DNA from: a virus
Length of the DNA stretch: 64,000 bases
IMG/VR virus record: IMGVR_UViG_3300049734_000491
Coordinates: 32,001-96,000 of that record
Strand: one strand, 5' to 3'
Below, piece after piece: positions 36,737 through 47,568 of the stretch; position 1 is the first letter of the stretch; each line of letters opens with the position of its first letter. The notes beneath the pieces are model-generated. The model saw nothing but the letters and a program-made list of their open reading frames with translations, was not told where the DNA came from and did no database searches. The position numbers and the translations under genes are program-made.

Positions 36737-39700
36737 TGGCGATCAAGTTCAAGGGTCTGTCATCGGTTCCACTTGGGACTCGGACCAACACCACGTTCAG
36801 CATCCCATCTGGAATTGATAATGGTGACGTTCTCATCCTCGTGTTCCTGACGAGGAACCAGGGCGAGGCAGTCGATCCCAGTGGACTCACCAGCGCATCG
36901 GTCGGCTGGAACGAGCACGGATCCTCTCCCTGGTCAGTCACGACAGCTTCCGGCGTGGAAGCCGAGATGCGGCTGTACAGCAAGACCGCCCGCAACGAAC
37001 CGACGACGTACACGGCAACACACGCAGAATCTGAAACACAGGTCGTGTGCCTGCACTACACGGGCATCAGCACCCTCGACGTCAGCTACGACGGCGGTCT
37101 GTCCGCAACCGGTGCTGGTTCAACTTCGACAGTGCCGGACAACCAGTCCGACCGAAATCCCGAGAACTTCATCTTGTGGCTCGGCTGTGACTGGGCCGAC
37201 AACGCCAACGATCGTCGACCACCTTCCGGAGACGATCCCACCTTCACCGAACGATTCGATTCCCAACTCCTCTACGTCGCGGACGGCGTGAAGACCCAAC
37301 GAGGAGTTATTGGAGTTCGATCAACGACCAACCAGTCCAGTGCCACGAACTCGTGGATCGCTGCGATGCCGAACTACCGGTCAGAGAGGTCTGATGGCGG
37401 GTACCTCGGCACAACCGGTACCACGTTGGAGGCACAGAACACTGTGCCATCAGCGACGCTGAAGGTGCCGAGCACGGGGTATCCGGTTGGGACCACGCTG
37501 ATAGCGCTGCTCGGAACTGAGCACGTTGATCCCCCCGTCATGTCCGCCAGTGATGTTCGGGGGAACGTCTGGACGTTGCTTCAGTCCGCCCAAACAGACC
37601 CCAGAGAGCTTGCTGGACACCTGCTCACCACCAAGGTCACGACAGCACTCCAACCCAATGACCTCATCACGTTCACGACGAGCATCCCCACCTACCGCTG
37701 GGTCATCACCCTCTCTGCTTTCAGCGACGATCTCACGCCTACCACAGGTGCTGCAACCAACTACAACAACTCGTCGGTCAACGATCTTCTCGTCCAGCTC
37801 AACACGACTGCCCCAAACAGTTTGGTCTTCGGTGGCCACGTCGTTGATCCGAACAGCGTCGGTGTCCAAGCCATCGACGTCGATGCGAATGCCTGCCAGA
37901 CCTGGCCGCTCTACACCCCCTATCCAGCAGGGACGTTCGACTACGTCCAGGTCACGGGCCAGTACCAGTACGTCGGACCGGGACTCTTCAACTTCAGGGC
38001 ACGGCAGAGGGGTGTGTCCGGAAGTGCCGTCACGCTCGCTCATGCTTTCACAACGTCGCTACCACCAGCAGAATCACAATCACCGATCCAGCTCCGTAGC
38101 TACACGTCCGTACCTCGAGCACTTCGCACCAACACCGTCGTCGACTACCCAGCCGGCGTGCAACCGAGCGACCGGTTGTATCTCGTCTTCACGTCAGAGA
38201 ACCTCACCGAAGCGGTTGATCCATCAGTTGGAAGCTCTGGCTGGGAGCTGATAACCAGCGCCTTGGGTGCCACCGTGGCTGGCACCGAGATGGAAACCCG
38301 TGTGTACGGGAAGAACCACTACGGCGAAGCGTCATCCCTGACACTGACTCACGCCGAATCAACCACCCAAGCGGTCATGGTGGCGTACTCCGGTGCCGCC
38401 AACCTGCGGGGCGTCACTTGGTTGACCCAAACGGGGACAGGAACATCGTCCACGCTTGCCAACACCCAAATCGAAGTCCCCAACGGGAAGGCTGTGTCGT
38501 TTTCCTGGGATTGGGGTGATGGAGGCAGGGCGAGAATTCCACCCTCAGGCTATACTGCACGCTTCGATTCTGAGCGTCTGTATGTCGTGGATTCCCCGAT
38601 GCGATATGTCGGGCAAACCACAGCCAGGGCACTTACGAACAACTCGTTGGCAACCTCGCCGTGGGGAACATGGCACGGCAGCCTCGATCCGCAACTGAGG
38701 GTCGGCGGACACGTCAACACCACTGGCGCAATCCGCTCAGGTTCATCGACAACGGGAACCTGTGTCGTGCCCCCCGGCGGATATCCGGTTGGAATCAACC
38801 TCTTCGCTCTGATCTCGACCAGCCACGCAGCAGCGACGACCATGACGGCCAGCGATCCCGGTGGCAACACCTGGAACATGGTGCAGTCCACAACGAACAC
38901 GGTCGGGGGAATCTCCCTCTACCTGCTGTGGACGAAGGTCACTACGGCCCTCACTGAAGGTCAGGTCATCACTTTCACTTCTGGAACAGCCGCTACGAAG
39001 TTCGCTGTCAACCTGTCTGCGTTCACCGGCAACCTGATCCCGACCACTGGTACAGCAAACAATTACAACAACACAACAGGCGTCGGAGCGAACAACACCC
39101 TCACCTCAGGAATGGTCACCACGACGGCCGACCAGTCGCTGTTGATCGGTGGTCACGGTCACGTCTCGTCGACTCTTGTTGTCCTGCCGTCCGATGGAGG
39201 CATCGGTACGTTCAGGGTTAGCACATTCGGTGGATCTGACAGGGTCGCACAAGGTCAGTACAAGTACGTTGGTCCGGGTACGACAGATCTTCATGCTGAT
39301 GCTGTCTCGAACGGGACGTTCGTCTCCCTCGCTCAAGCGTTCGAGGTCGGACCGGACACCGTTCCGACAACGCCCGTCCCACCCGGCGAAGCCATCGAAC
39401 CGAATCCAAGTTACGCATATGCAGCCGGTCGTGACTACGGCTTCTACCTGGACAAGAACGGCGAGCTCAAGGTCTTCGGGGCCCTGTGGTCCTACAACCT
39501 GCCCCAGTCCGATGGGCAGCCGTACCTCGGCAACAAGGCGGTCATCGCCGTCGAGGAACCGGAGGAGGGAGGAGTACGCCCCCAGGCCGGTGGCTTCATG
39601 CTGGGCTACGAGGGCCACGTCATCGGGATCGGGTACTACGACCAGGACTACTGGCGGGGCTTCCCGCCCGACGAGCAGCAGGACACACCTGAGCTCCAGA

Positions 39701-41817
39701 TCACCGAGGGTGTCTCCGGCTACACCGCCATCGCGGGCAGCTCGCAGATGGGGACGTGGGCGCTGGACTCTGTCGGCCAACCCCAGTTGGTCTACATCTC
39801 CCCGCTGGCCACGAACTACACGGCGATCTTGGCTGGGGTCTTCCCCCGACCCAAGCCCAGTGGCTCCGGCTACGTCGGGATCGCGGTCGGCTCCAACAAC
39901 GTGTACCTCCTTGATGCAGCCGGTGGCCTCTCGGCGTTCGGATTCGGGCTTCCTCCGGCGGGGGGTGCTGGGCCCAGCGGTGGCAAGTGGATCAAGGTGG
40001 TGGCCAGCGCCACCCACTACGGAGTGCTCTCCGACCAAGGTCAGATCTACTGGGACATCGAGGTTCCCGGCGACAACGCCACGATCGCCGCCATCCAGGC
40101 CCCGCCGACGGAGAAGATCTTCGCTGACGTCGCCGTGGGGTACCACCACACCTACGCGTTGCTGAATGCCAGCCAGACAGCTCCAGGCCAGGTCTATGGG
40201 TACGGCACGCCCTGGAACACGAACATCGGTGAACACACCGTCCTGACCAACCCCGGACACACCGGCATCGGCGCCGGACCACCGGTCGGAACTTGGGGAT
40301 TCGCGGTCGTCTCCGAGACCGATACCCGTCCCTTCGGCCTCACCGTGTTCGGACCGGATGCTCCTGACATCCCACCGGCCACCTCGGCCCCGGGGGCACC
40401 GAACAACTTCAGGGTCATCAACTACAACGGAAGTACCGACACCGGCGGGACCCACAACACGGTGACTCTCGAGTGGGAGCGTCCGCTGTCCGGTCAGATG
40501 CCGGCCTGGTACGAGATCACCTACACACCCATGACCGAGGGGGCCCCGCCGACCTCCCCACCGATTGGGTCGGTCATCGCGACCGTTCCGGACAACGGAG
40601 AGGTCCGACAGACGGCAACCATCGAGTTGCCCGCCGGACTGCACGGTCCGATGTACTACATGATCCGTTCGATCGGACAGGGCGGGGTCTCCGCCGGCGG
40701 TGCGTCGTTTTGGGTCCTGACCACCTACGACAACACCCTGTTGCTCGGTGACTGGCGGAAGGTCCGTGTCACCCTCGTCGACTACAGCTGCGACCAGGGC
40801 GGCTACGTCATCATGTTCGAGATCGACGAGATCGTCGGGGGCACCGACGGATGGACCGGGGCCCAGATCGACTTCGACATGATCCCGGAGGGAACCTTCT
40901 ACTTCCCCGTCAACTCGAAGGTCTCCGTCGCCCGTCAGTTCGGACCCTGCATCGCCGGTCGCCCGACCACGGCGTTCCACATCGCCGGCCTCGAGCACAT
41001 CACGGTGCCGCCGAGTCCCCAGAACATCGTCAAGGTGATCATCGACTACTCGATCTGCGTCGAGGACGGATACGCATACTGGGTCCATGATGACAGCCAG
41101 TCGATCCAGAGCGGCAACGAGAACCGGATCGACGTGCCCCCGCTCTACGAGCACTGCAAGACGATGATGCCCAAGGTGCAGTACCTGCGTGACCTGCACA
41201 GCCCATTCGTCGTCTCGGACTTCTGCCTCGGAGCACTCGACAGCTTCCAGTACGACATCCGTTCCGGTGTGTTCTCCGTGCTCGGACGCCCGGCTCCGGT
41301 GGTGGTGGTCGACTCTCGTTCGACTGCCAGTGGTCAACTCATCTTCATCAACCAAGGGTCTGGGGCAGAAGGACGAAGTGCGCTTCTCGCCCTACAAGAT
41401 CTGTTCCGCAGCGGCCACCCCATGCTGCTCCAAGTCTTGAGTGACTACGAGGTCGGCCACGGTGAGTTGTACTTCCAGCCAACTTCCATCAACGACCGGT
41501 GGATCGGTCCCGACGCTCGTCGACCCGAGCACGCCCTCGAGGTCAACTTCATCGAAATCGATCCCCCCAAGGGTCAGGTCATCCTCTACCAGATCGGCAT
41601 TCCGTTGTCGGCCGAGCCCGGCACGGAGCTGGTGAAGACGCCCGAGTACGTCGACTGGCCCGGTGACACGAACCCGTTGTTCGGGATGAGGTTCTGTGAG
41701 GGTGGCTTGAAGGAGCGATACGACACCTGTGATGGGGTGCTGTACAAGGACATGACGACCGGAACCAAGCGGACCTGCAACGAGGTGTTCCACTCACCGG
41801 AAATGACGACCTGCTGA
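36736..41817 (+). CDS. Large minor tail protein (1693 aa): ABAB beta-modules, RCC1-like and FN3-like segments, C-terminal distal-tail (Dit)-like domain
   Basis: Duplicated RTNT..P.G..EAVDPS..THAES and GYPVG..ASD..GN.W modules; APGAPNNF..TLEWERP; RSGVFSVLGRPAPVVVVDSR. Confidence 0.75.
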   Translation: MAIKFKGLSSVPLGTRTNTTFSIPSGIDNGDVLILVFLTRNQGEAVDPSGLTSASVGWNEHGSSPWSVTTASGVEAEMRLYSKTARNEPTTYTATHAESETQVVCLHYTGISTLDVSYDGGLSATGAGSTSTVPDNQSDRNPENFILWLGCDWADNANDRRPPSGDDPTFTERFDSQLLYVADGVKTQRGVIGVRSTTNQSSATNSWIAAMPNYRSERSDGGYLGTTGTTLEAQNTVPSATLKVPSTGYPVGTTLIALLGTEHVDPPVMSASDVRGNVWTLLQSAQTDPRELAGHLLTTKVTTALQPNDLITFTTSIPTYRWVITLSAFSDDLTPTTGAATNYNNSSVNDLLVQLNTTAPNSLVFGGHVVDPNSVGVQAIDVDANACQTWPLYTPYPAGTFDYVQVTGQYQYVGPGLFNFRARQRGVSGSAVTLAHAFTTSLPPAESQSPIQLRSYTSVPRALRTNTVVDYPAGVQPSDRLYLVFTSENLTEAVDPSVGSSGWELITSALGATVAGTEMETRVYGKNHYGEASSLTLTHAESTTQAVMVAYSGAANLRGVTWLTQTGTGTSSTLANTQIEVPNGKAVSFSWDWGDGGRARIPPSGYTARFDSERLYVVDSPMRYVGQTTARALTNNSLATSPWGTWHGSLDPQLRVGGHVNTTGAIRSGSSTTGTCVVPPGGYPVGINLFALISTSHAAATTMTASDPGGNTWNMVQSTTNTVGGISLYLLWTKVTTALTEGQVITFTSGTAATKFAVNLSAFTGNLIPTTGTANNYNNTTGVGANNTLTSGMVTTTADQSLLIGGHGHVSSTLVVLPSDGGIGTFRVSTFGGSDRVAQGQYKYVGPGTTDLHADAVSNGTFVSLAQAFEVGPDTVPTTPVPPGEAIEPNPSYAYAAGRDYGFYLDKNGELKVFGALWSYNLPQSDGQPYLGNKAVIAVEEPEEGGVRPQAGGFMLGYEGHVIGIGYYDQDYWRGFPPDEQQDTPELQITEGVSGYTAIAGSSQMGTWALDSVGQPQLVYISPLATNYTAILAGVFPRPKPSGSGYVGIAVGSNNVYLLDAAGGLSAFGFGLPPAGGAGPSGGKWIKVVASATHYGVLSDQGQIYWDIEVPGDNATIAAIQAPPTEKIFADVAVGYHHTYALLNASQTAPGQVYGYGTPWNTNIGEHTVLTNPGHTGIGAGPPVGTWGFAVVSETDTRPFGLTVFGPDAPDIPPATSAPGAPNNFRVINYNGSTDTGGTHNTVTLEWERPLSGQMPAWYEITYTPMTEGAPPTSPPIGSVIATVPDNGEVRQTATIELPAGLHGPMYYMIRSIGQGGVSAGGASFWVLTTYDNTLLLGDWRKVRVTLVDYSCDQGGYVIMFEIDEIVGGTDGWTGAQIDFDMIPEGTFYFPVNSKVSVARQFGPCIAGRPTTAFHIAGLEHITVPPSPQNIVKVIIDYSICVEDGYAYWVHDDSQSIQSGNENRIDVPPLYEHCKTMMPKVQYLRDLHSPFVVSDFCLGALDSFQYDIRSGVFSVLGRPAPVVVVDSRSTASGQLIFINQGSGAEGRSALLALQDLFRSGHPMLLQVLSDYEVGHGELYFQPTSINDRWIGPDARRPEHALEVNFIEIDPPKGQVILYQIGIPLSAEPGTELVKTPEYVDWPGDTNPLFGMRFCEGGLKERYDTCDGVLYKDMTTGTKRTCNEVFHSPEMTTC

Positions 41818-43790
41818 TGTACCTCTACGGCGGCGGTCCGGATGGAACCCCCGAGGTGCCGGGGGACGAACGGTTCCGGCTGCACAAGGACGTCAAGGCG
41901 ATCACCAACGAACAGATCATCGAGATCTCCGAGATCGTCCAGAGCTCACACCACATCAACACCAGAGTGATGCGATGCGTGGCCGAGCCCATGGTGAAGG
42001 TGGCGCTCAAGGGAGCAGAGGCCAACGGGTGCCGGACCCAGCCCTACTTCTGGTCCCGCTGGGATCCTTCGTACTGGACGCCGGTCACCTTCTTCATCGA
42101 GTCGGGATCGATCAGTGAGTCCCTGACCGACGAGACCACCCGTTCGCTCAGCCTGACCTGCCACTCCGAACACTGGACCACCTTCGAGTCGTTCCAGAAC
42201 GAGATCTCTCCGTTCCACACCCTGCTGCGGGTCGAGCGAGGGGTCGAGGTCGCCACTTCGACCAGTACGGATCCACCCAGTCCCGGTGAACCTGTCACCA
42301 TCTGGATCCCGCTCGGGATCTACCGGGTCCACAAGGTCAACTTCAACCGGGACCACACCGCCGACATCGAGGCGTACTCCCTCGAGCAGGTGTTGAAGGA
42401 CTTCCTGTACGAGAAGATCCCAGCACCGCTCGCGTCGGCCAGGCCGTGGATGGGGTTGTGGGAGGAAACCTGGCTGCCCGGTGGTCTCGACAACACCGAC
42501 CCGAACGCCCGGGACTGGTCCCACGTCACCTACGAGCTCAGCAACTCGATCACACCGGATGCGGCAGCCAAGGTGGCTGGGGAGACCTTCCAGTCAGGAT
42601 TCCAGGTCGGGACGTCCTTCGCTCGGTGGACCGGGATCCGGGACATGCTCGAGGCCCGCCACTTCAACCTCTACGTCAATCGGGTCGGCAAGCCGATCGT
42701 GGTCCGGATCCCAGAACCACAGGATGCTCCGGCGGACTGGGTTCCACAGGAGATCCAGAACCAGCTCATCATGAACGAGGGTGGCGGGGCCAACCTCGGC
42801 AACATCGTCAGCCGAACCGAGGACTTCAACCGCGACGGCCTCTTCAACACGATCGTGGCCTACGGGGAAATCGAGGTCGAGAGCAACGCGGACGGATCGG
42901 CAGGTTCGCCCAGCAAGGCGGGAACACCCGTCGTCACCATCGTCACCGACGACAATCCGGCTTCACCCACCTACGTCGGCGGGCCCTTCGGACAGATCGG
43001 CATCGAGCTCCACGTCGAGAGTTTGCTGGCGGCCGGCAAGCTCGAGGTCGAGGGCAAGGCGAAGTTGGCTCGGTCCAAGATCCTGACCACTCGCACCAAC
43101 CTGTCGCTGCTGCCGAACCCCACCATCGAGGTCGGTGATCGGATCAAGGTCCACTACCCCGACGGGTCGTACCGGTTCTTCATCATCGAGTCGGCCGACA
43201 TCCCCCTCACCGTCGACTCCGAGCTCTCGGTGCAAGCCTTCACCTACGACAACAGCCGGACCCTCGCCTGCATCGGCATCCCGACCGACATCCAGATCTC
43301 ATGGGGCCCGACCGACTCGGCGATCCGGCTCAACTTCTTGGGGGTGGACGGAGCTACGGGCTATGAGTGGACCTCGGACGCCGCCCTGTTCTGGAATCCC
43401 ATCGTCACGACGAACCTCCCGAACGGTCGGGTGGAGATGGAGATCACTGGGCTTCGTCCTCTGACCGACTACTCGATCCGGCTCCGGACCGTCATGGACA
43501 ACGACTACGAATGTCCACCCATCCAGTTGATCGACGACGAGTTCGGCATCGCCAGGATCCCGGGAAGTCTGTTAGTGGCCGAAGCCGGCTGGCCGGGGAG
43601 GTTCCAGGACCCGATGGCCACCCCAGCCAACATTGTCATGGCCAACCTGTACGGTGCGTTCCACATCCTGCCGTTGGCTGGGAGCTTGGCTGGGGTGAAC
43701 AGCCCGTGGGACCAAGGTGCGTACATTCTCATGGCCGACGGCATGGAAGCGACGTGGACCGGTGACCGGTTCGTCCAGAGGATCGGCTGA
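41817..43790 (+). CDS. Minor tail (hub/Tal-like) protein with FN3-like and WDG modules
   Basis: TRSLSL..SPF..LRVERG..IPLGIYR; FNTIV; SPTYVGGPFG; LPNPTIEVGD. Confidence 0.8.
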   Translation: MYLYGGGPDGTPEVPGDERFRLHKDVKAITNEQIIEISEIVQSSHHINTRVMRCVAEPMVKVALKGAEANGCRTQPYFWSRWDPSYWTPVTFFIESGSISESLTDETTRSLSLTCHSEHWTTFESFQNEISPFHTLLRVERGVEVATSTSTDPPSPGEPVTIWIPLGIYRVHKVNFNRDHTADIEAYSLEQVLKDFLYEKIPAPLASARPWMGLWEETWLPGGLDNTDPNARDWSHVTYELSNSITPDAAAKVAGETFQSGFQVGTSFARWTGIRDMLEARHFNLYVNRVGKPIVVRIPEPQDAPADWVPQEIQNQLIMNEGGGANLGNIVSRTEDFNRDGLFNTIVAYGEIEVESNADGSAGSPSKAGTPVVTIVTDDNPASPTYVGGPFGQIGIELHVESLLAAGKLEVEGKAKLARSKILTTRTNLSLLPNPTIEVGDRIKVHYPDGSYRFFIIESADIPLTVDSELSVQAFTYDNSRTLACIGIPTDIQISWGPTDSAIRLNFLGVDGATGYEWTSDAALFWNPIVTTNLPNGRVEMEITGLRPLTDYSIRLRTVMDNDYECPPIQLIDDEFGIARIPGSLLVAEAGWPGRFQDPMATPANIVMANLYGAFHILPLAGSLAGVNSPWDQGAYILMADGMEATWTGDRFVQRIG

Positions 43791-44398
43791 TGCCCAAGAA
43801 GAGCTCTGCCTCCGCTCCGGTCCAGTTCAGGACCAGTGCTCCTCCTCCGGTGCTGTCGATGAAGCACATCGGTCGGACGAGCTTGGTCGTGACGTGGCCC
43901 CACGTCTACGGCGTGTCGGAGTTCATCGACAAGTACCGAGTCACCCTCATGCCCGGAGGCACGTGGGACACCGGACGGCTCAGCAACGAGGGCGACGCGA
44001 AGGAGTGGACCTTCAGCGGTCTCGCCATGAACTACCCGTACGCCATCTCGGTGCAGGCGGTGAACACACCGGTCGGGAAGCCCGAGGCCGTCGGACCGCC
44101 GGGGACGATCTCGGTCTCGACGCTGCCGCAGTGGGCCGAGCCTCCAGCACAGGGGATCGACGGATGGACCGGATCGGCGTACGTGGCCGGTCGGACGAAC
44201 CTTCGCTACAACCAGTCAGGGATCTTCGACACCGTGGACAACTGGGCCAAGGCCCAGATCGGTGGGATCCTGGCTGCCGGCGACCCGACGGTCGATCGCA
44301 GGGAGGGCATGACGTGGATCGAGTTCGGGATCAACCATGCTCCCGAGCTCCAGATCCTCGCTGTGGTGATGCGGGCGGGTGACACATGGCCGGAGTAG
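43790..44398 (+). CDS. FN3-like domain structural protein
   Basis: SLVVTW...YRV...FSGL..NYPY.ISVQAVN. Confidence 0.7.
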   Translation: MPKKSSASAPVQFRTSAPPPVLSMKHIGRTSLVVTWPHVYGVSEFIDKYRVTLMPGGTWDTGRLSNEGDAKEWTFSGLAMNYPYAISVQAVNTPVGKPEAVGPPGTISVSTLPQWAEPPAQGIDGWTGSAYVAGRTNLRYNQSGIFDTVDNWAKAQIGGILAAGDPTVDRREGMTWIEFGINHAPELQILAVVMRAGDTWPE

Positions 44399-44407
44399 GA
44401 GGACCTG

Positions 44408-45133
44408 ATGTCAGCTGTAGGTGACGCGATCGCACAAGAAGCACTCAATGGTCTCGGGACGTGCGAGAACAGTCGTGGGTTGGCGCCGCCCTACACCGAC
44501 ACCATCGGAGCACAGGCATGGTGCGGGTCCTTCATCGAGTACTGCTATCGGGTCAACGGCGTGAACCTCCACAGCTACACGTCCAATCCGTACTACGTGT
44601 CGACGTACTGGGCGGACATGAAGAAGCGAGGGTTCAACCTCGCCCCCAGCCAAGCCGAGCCGGGTGATGCGGCCTTCTACAACTGGGATGGCGGTCGTGA
44701 GGATCACGTCGAGATCGTGATCCAGAACAAGGGGAACGGCGTCCTCGACTGTGTGGGCGGGAACGTCAGCAACTGCGTGAAGCGACAGGACCGGAGTGGG
44801 CACACGCTGATCGGCGTGGCTCGAGTCCCAGAGCTGCGGAGCAGCGACTCCGGAGGAACCGGTGGTCCGGGTGACCCCGACGTGCCCACCCTGCCAGATC
44901 CCATCGGCATGGACTACGGACTCAACATCTACTCCGCCGAGGAACGGAACAACCGCCTCTACGAAGGACCGCTGCAGTACTGCGCCCACAACAGCCTGTT
45001 GGGGTGGGACGTCTCAGCGATGGGACGGGGAGTGGCGGCGACCAAGTTCAGCATCTGGACCCAGCGGGGGAACTACTGCCTCGACACCGTGTCGGTGGTG
45101 TGGGACTTCGCTGGCAAGCCAAACCCAGATTGA
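44408..45133 (+). CDS. CHAP/NlpC-type peptidoglycan hydrolase
   Basis: AWCGSF...PGDAAFYNWDG..DHVEIV...VGGN (Cys-His catalytic pattern). Confidence 0.8.
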   Translation: MSAVGDAIAQEALNGLGTCENSRGLAPPYTDTIGAQAWCGSFIEYCYRVNGVNLHSYTSNPYYVSTYWADMKKRGFNLAPSQAEPGDAAFYNWDGGREDHVEIVIQNKGNGVLDCVGGNVSNCVKRQDRSGHTLIGVARVPELRSSDSGGTGGPGDPDVPTLPDPIGMDYGLNIYSAEERNNRLYEGPLQYCAHNSLLGWDVSAMGRGVAATKFSIWTQRGNYCLDTVSVVWDFAGKPNPD

Positions 45134-45142
45134 GGTACTGAA

Positions 45143-45493
45143 ATGCCCATGGACGACAGAAAGTCCCTCCACGCAGGTGCGGTCAAGGGACCGTCATTCG
45201 ACAAGCTCGACGGGTTCAAGGACTTCCTCGGTGTGCAGTCGGAGTCCAGCGACCGGGACAACACAGTTCCACAGGTCGTGCTCCGGTACGGCATCTTTCG
45301 TGGCTGGCGTCCCAACACGCCCACTGGGCAACCCCACCTGGCCATGGTTGATGTCGGTGGTGGGAACACGATCTACGCCCACGTGGTGCACACCGATCCC
45401 ACGTATCCCACTCTGCCGACCGACAGTCGTGTGGTGGTCATGACGTGGGGCGTAGCCCAGGCAATCCTTCTCGGTAGGCTCTATCACGACTGA
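45143..45493 (+). CDS. Small tail-tip protein (OB-fold-like)
   Basis: LRYG...VDVGG...Y.P...RVVV....ILLGRL; position in the tail operon. Confidence 0.55.
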   Translation: MPMDDRKSLHAGAVKGPSFDKLDGFKDFLGVQSESSDRDNTVPQVVLRYGIFRGWRPNTPTGQPHLAMVDVGGGNTIYAHVVHTDPTYPTLPTDSRVVVMTWGVAQAILLGRLYHD

Positions 45494-45504
45494 TCGGAAT
45501 TCCA

Positions 45505-46881
45505 ATGCCCAAGCCCTACAAGACCTTCATCATCCCGACCGGACAGGATGAAGCGAACATCCCCTTCATCTTCGAGCAGTTCATCGACTCCGGTCTCAAG
45601 ACCGGCTCGGTCATCGCCCACTTCGCCAGCATGGCTGATGCTGACGCGGCTGCGGCGACGGGAGCGTTCCCCTACGGGTCGATGGCTTGGGTCAACGCCG
45701 TGCTCTGCCGCAGCACGGGCACGAGGTTCGAGCCGGTGCTCAGCCCCTACATGAGCACCTATGCGTACTTCAACTCTGTGTCGGGACGGGACGACTTCTT
45801 CCTGAACGACGCAGAGGGTGGAACGCCGGCGATCGGACAGCTCGCGGTGGTCGGGCCAGCCAACGAGATCAACCTGACGGTCTACGACGGGACCAAGTGG
45901 TTGAGTGCGACCGACTACATGTACCGACAGGGCCGACTTCTCGGGGACCACACGGGGAACACCGTGAACATCGGTGACCCGAACAACCCCAAGGGGACGC
46001 CGTACAACCCAGGTGGGTTCCGAGATGCTGAGGGATGGGCGATCAACCTCGCCGGCAACACGTTCGTGGACGGTGCGATGAACGTCCACGACCCATTGGG
46101 TGCCTACGACGAGTTCCATACCCATGGACCAGTGAACTTCCGAGACGGTGCCATCACGGTCCACGGCAGCACCTCCTTCGACGTCCACACGTGGACCAAC
46201 TTCTGGCGGAACGTCAGTCTCAAGGGGGACGTCTATATCGAAGCCAACAAGATGTACTCGTGGGATTCCTTCATCGGGAACATCTACCCGAACGGTGGAG
46301 AGAACGGGTACATCCACTCCCGCGGCAACCACAAGATCTGGAACACGCTCATCGTCAACCAGGCTGCATACATCACCGGCGGAATCGTGATGAACGTGGG
46401 TAGCAACCTCAGTGGAGGTGACAACGTCGACGCCAACTCGATCACCGGCAACGTGCTGTGGTCTCGTGGAAGCGTTCTCGGCACTGCGTTCATCACGACC
46501 TCCGACAGTCGGCTCAAGTCCGACATTCGCTCCGCACCGGTCGGGGCGCTGGACATCGTCGAAGCGGTACCGACCAAGAGCTATTCGATGGACGGAGCGA
46601 AGACGACCTTCGGTTGGCAGGCGGAGCGGGTACAGGAAGTCCTTCCCACTGCTGTTGTGGAGACCGACACCACTGCCTACGCTCCGCCCCCGATCGATTC
46701 CAGCCAGGTTCCTGAAGGATTCTCGGTGCCCGAACCGCCAGACGGTCCAAACTTCACCGATCTCAAGTCGATCAACTTGAGCGAGATGACCGCCACGCTG
46801 TGGAAGGCGGTGCAGGAGCTCTCGGCCGAGGTGCGCGATCTCAAGACGCAGTTGGCTGGCCTGACAGGTCCTCCGGCCTGA
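45505..46881 (+). CDS. Tail fibre with C-terminal intramolecular chaperone (peptidase S74-like)
   Basis: TSDSRLKSDI...FGWQAERVQEVLP.AV...LWKAVQEL plus coiled coil. Confidence 0.85.
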   Translation: MPKPYKTFIIPTGQDEANIPFIFEQFIDSGLKTGSVIAHFASMADADAAAATGAFPYGSMAWVNAVLCRSTGTRFEPVLSPYMSTYAYFNSVSGRDDFFLNDAEGGTPAIGQLAVVGPANEINLTVYDGTKWLSATDYMYRQGRLLGDHTGNTVNIGDPNNPKGTPYNPGGFRDAEGWAINLAGNTFVDGAMNVHDPLGAYDEFHTHGPVNFRDGAITVHGSTSFDVHTWTNFWRNVSLKGDVYIEANKMYSWDSFIGNIYPNGGENGYIHSRGNHKIWNTLIVNQAAYITGGIVMNVGSNLSGGDNVDANSITGNVLWSRGSVLGTAFITTSDSRLKSDIRSAPVGALDIVEAVPTKSYSMDGAKTTFGWQAERVQEVLPTAVVETDTTAYAPPPIDSSQVPEGFSVPEPPDGPNFTDLKSINLSEMTATLWKAVQELSAEVRDLKTQLAGLTGPPA

Positions 46882-46983
46882 GAATTGGCGGTTCTCCACG
46901 TGGTTCGACCTCGGTATCTGTAGTACCTTGGCATTGGTCTGATGTGGCAGATCAACACCCACCGAACATCGTGAAGGATGGAA

Positions 46984-47568
46984 ATGGCCAAGGTCACAAC
47001 CGAACGAATCGCCCGTGCGCGTCTGAAGAAGGAAGAAGCGATCCAGAACCTGAAGGATCTGGTCGTCCAGTCCGTCAACGACGGGGTCCTGCTGCGTGAC
47101 GCCTCCGAAGCGGCTGGGGTCACCTACGAGACCGTCCGGCTCTGGAGGCTCGAGGCCGGCCAGGTCGTCGATGCCCGCCGCAAGGGCACCCCGACCGCCG
47201 AGACGAAGAAGCGGATGCAGTCCGCGAAGCGCGTCGCCGAGCAGATCCGTGCCAACGGAATCGCCCCGACGGCCGCTGCTCCAGCCAAGAAGAAGGCCCC
47301 AGCCAAGAAGAAGGCCTCGGCGCCCGTGGCCCCAGAAGCACCCCCCACCGAAACCGAGGCCCCAACGGCGCCGGTGAGGAAGGCTCCGGCCAAGAAGAAG
47401 GCTGCTCCGAAGACGGCGAGGAAGTCCACGACGACCAAGGCGCCTGTTCCCCTTCCGGCCACGGCTGCAGCTCTCAACGGAGGCGGTGAGCTCACGACGG
47501 CCCAGCGTCGGCGCCTCGAGGCGGCCGAGGCCGCTCGGGCCAAGAAGCTGGCCGCAGCAGGCAAGTGA
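46984..47568 (+). CDS. HTH DNA-binding protein with histone H1-like AKP-rich tail
   Basis: LRDASEAAGVTYETVRLW; repeated PAKKKA. Confidence 0.7.
   Translation: MAKVTTERIARARLKKEEAIQNLKDLVVQSVNDGVLLRDASEAAGVTYETVRLWRLEAGQVVDARRKGTPTAETKKRMQSAKRVAEQIRANGIAPTAAAPAKKKAPAKKKASAPVAPEAPPTETEAPTAPVRKAPAKKKAAPKTARKSTTTKAPVPLPATAAALNGGGELTTAQRRRLEAAEAARAKKLAAAGK

Noticed and set aside
39106-41355. Long antisense ORFs (also 1574-3130, 11365-12825, 20637-22208 and others)
   Set aside because: Shadow frames of high-GC3 genes, with no motifs or start signals.
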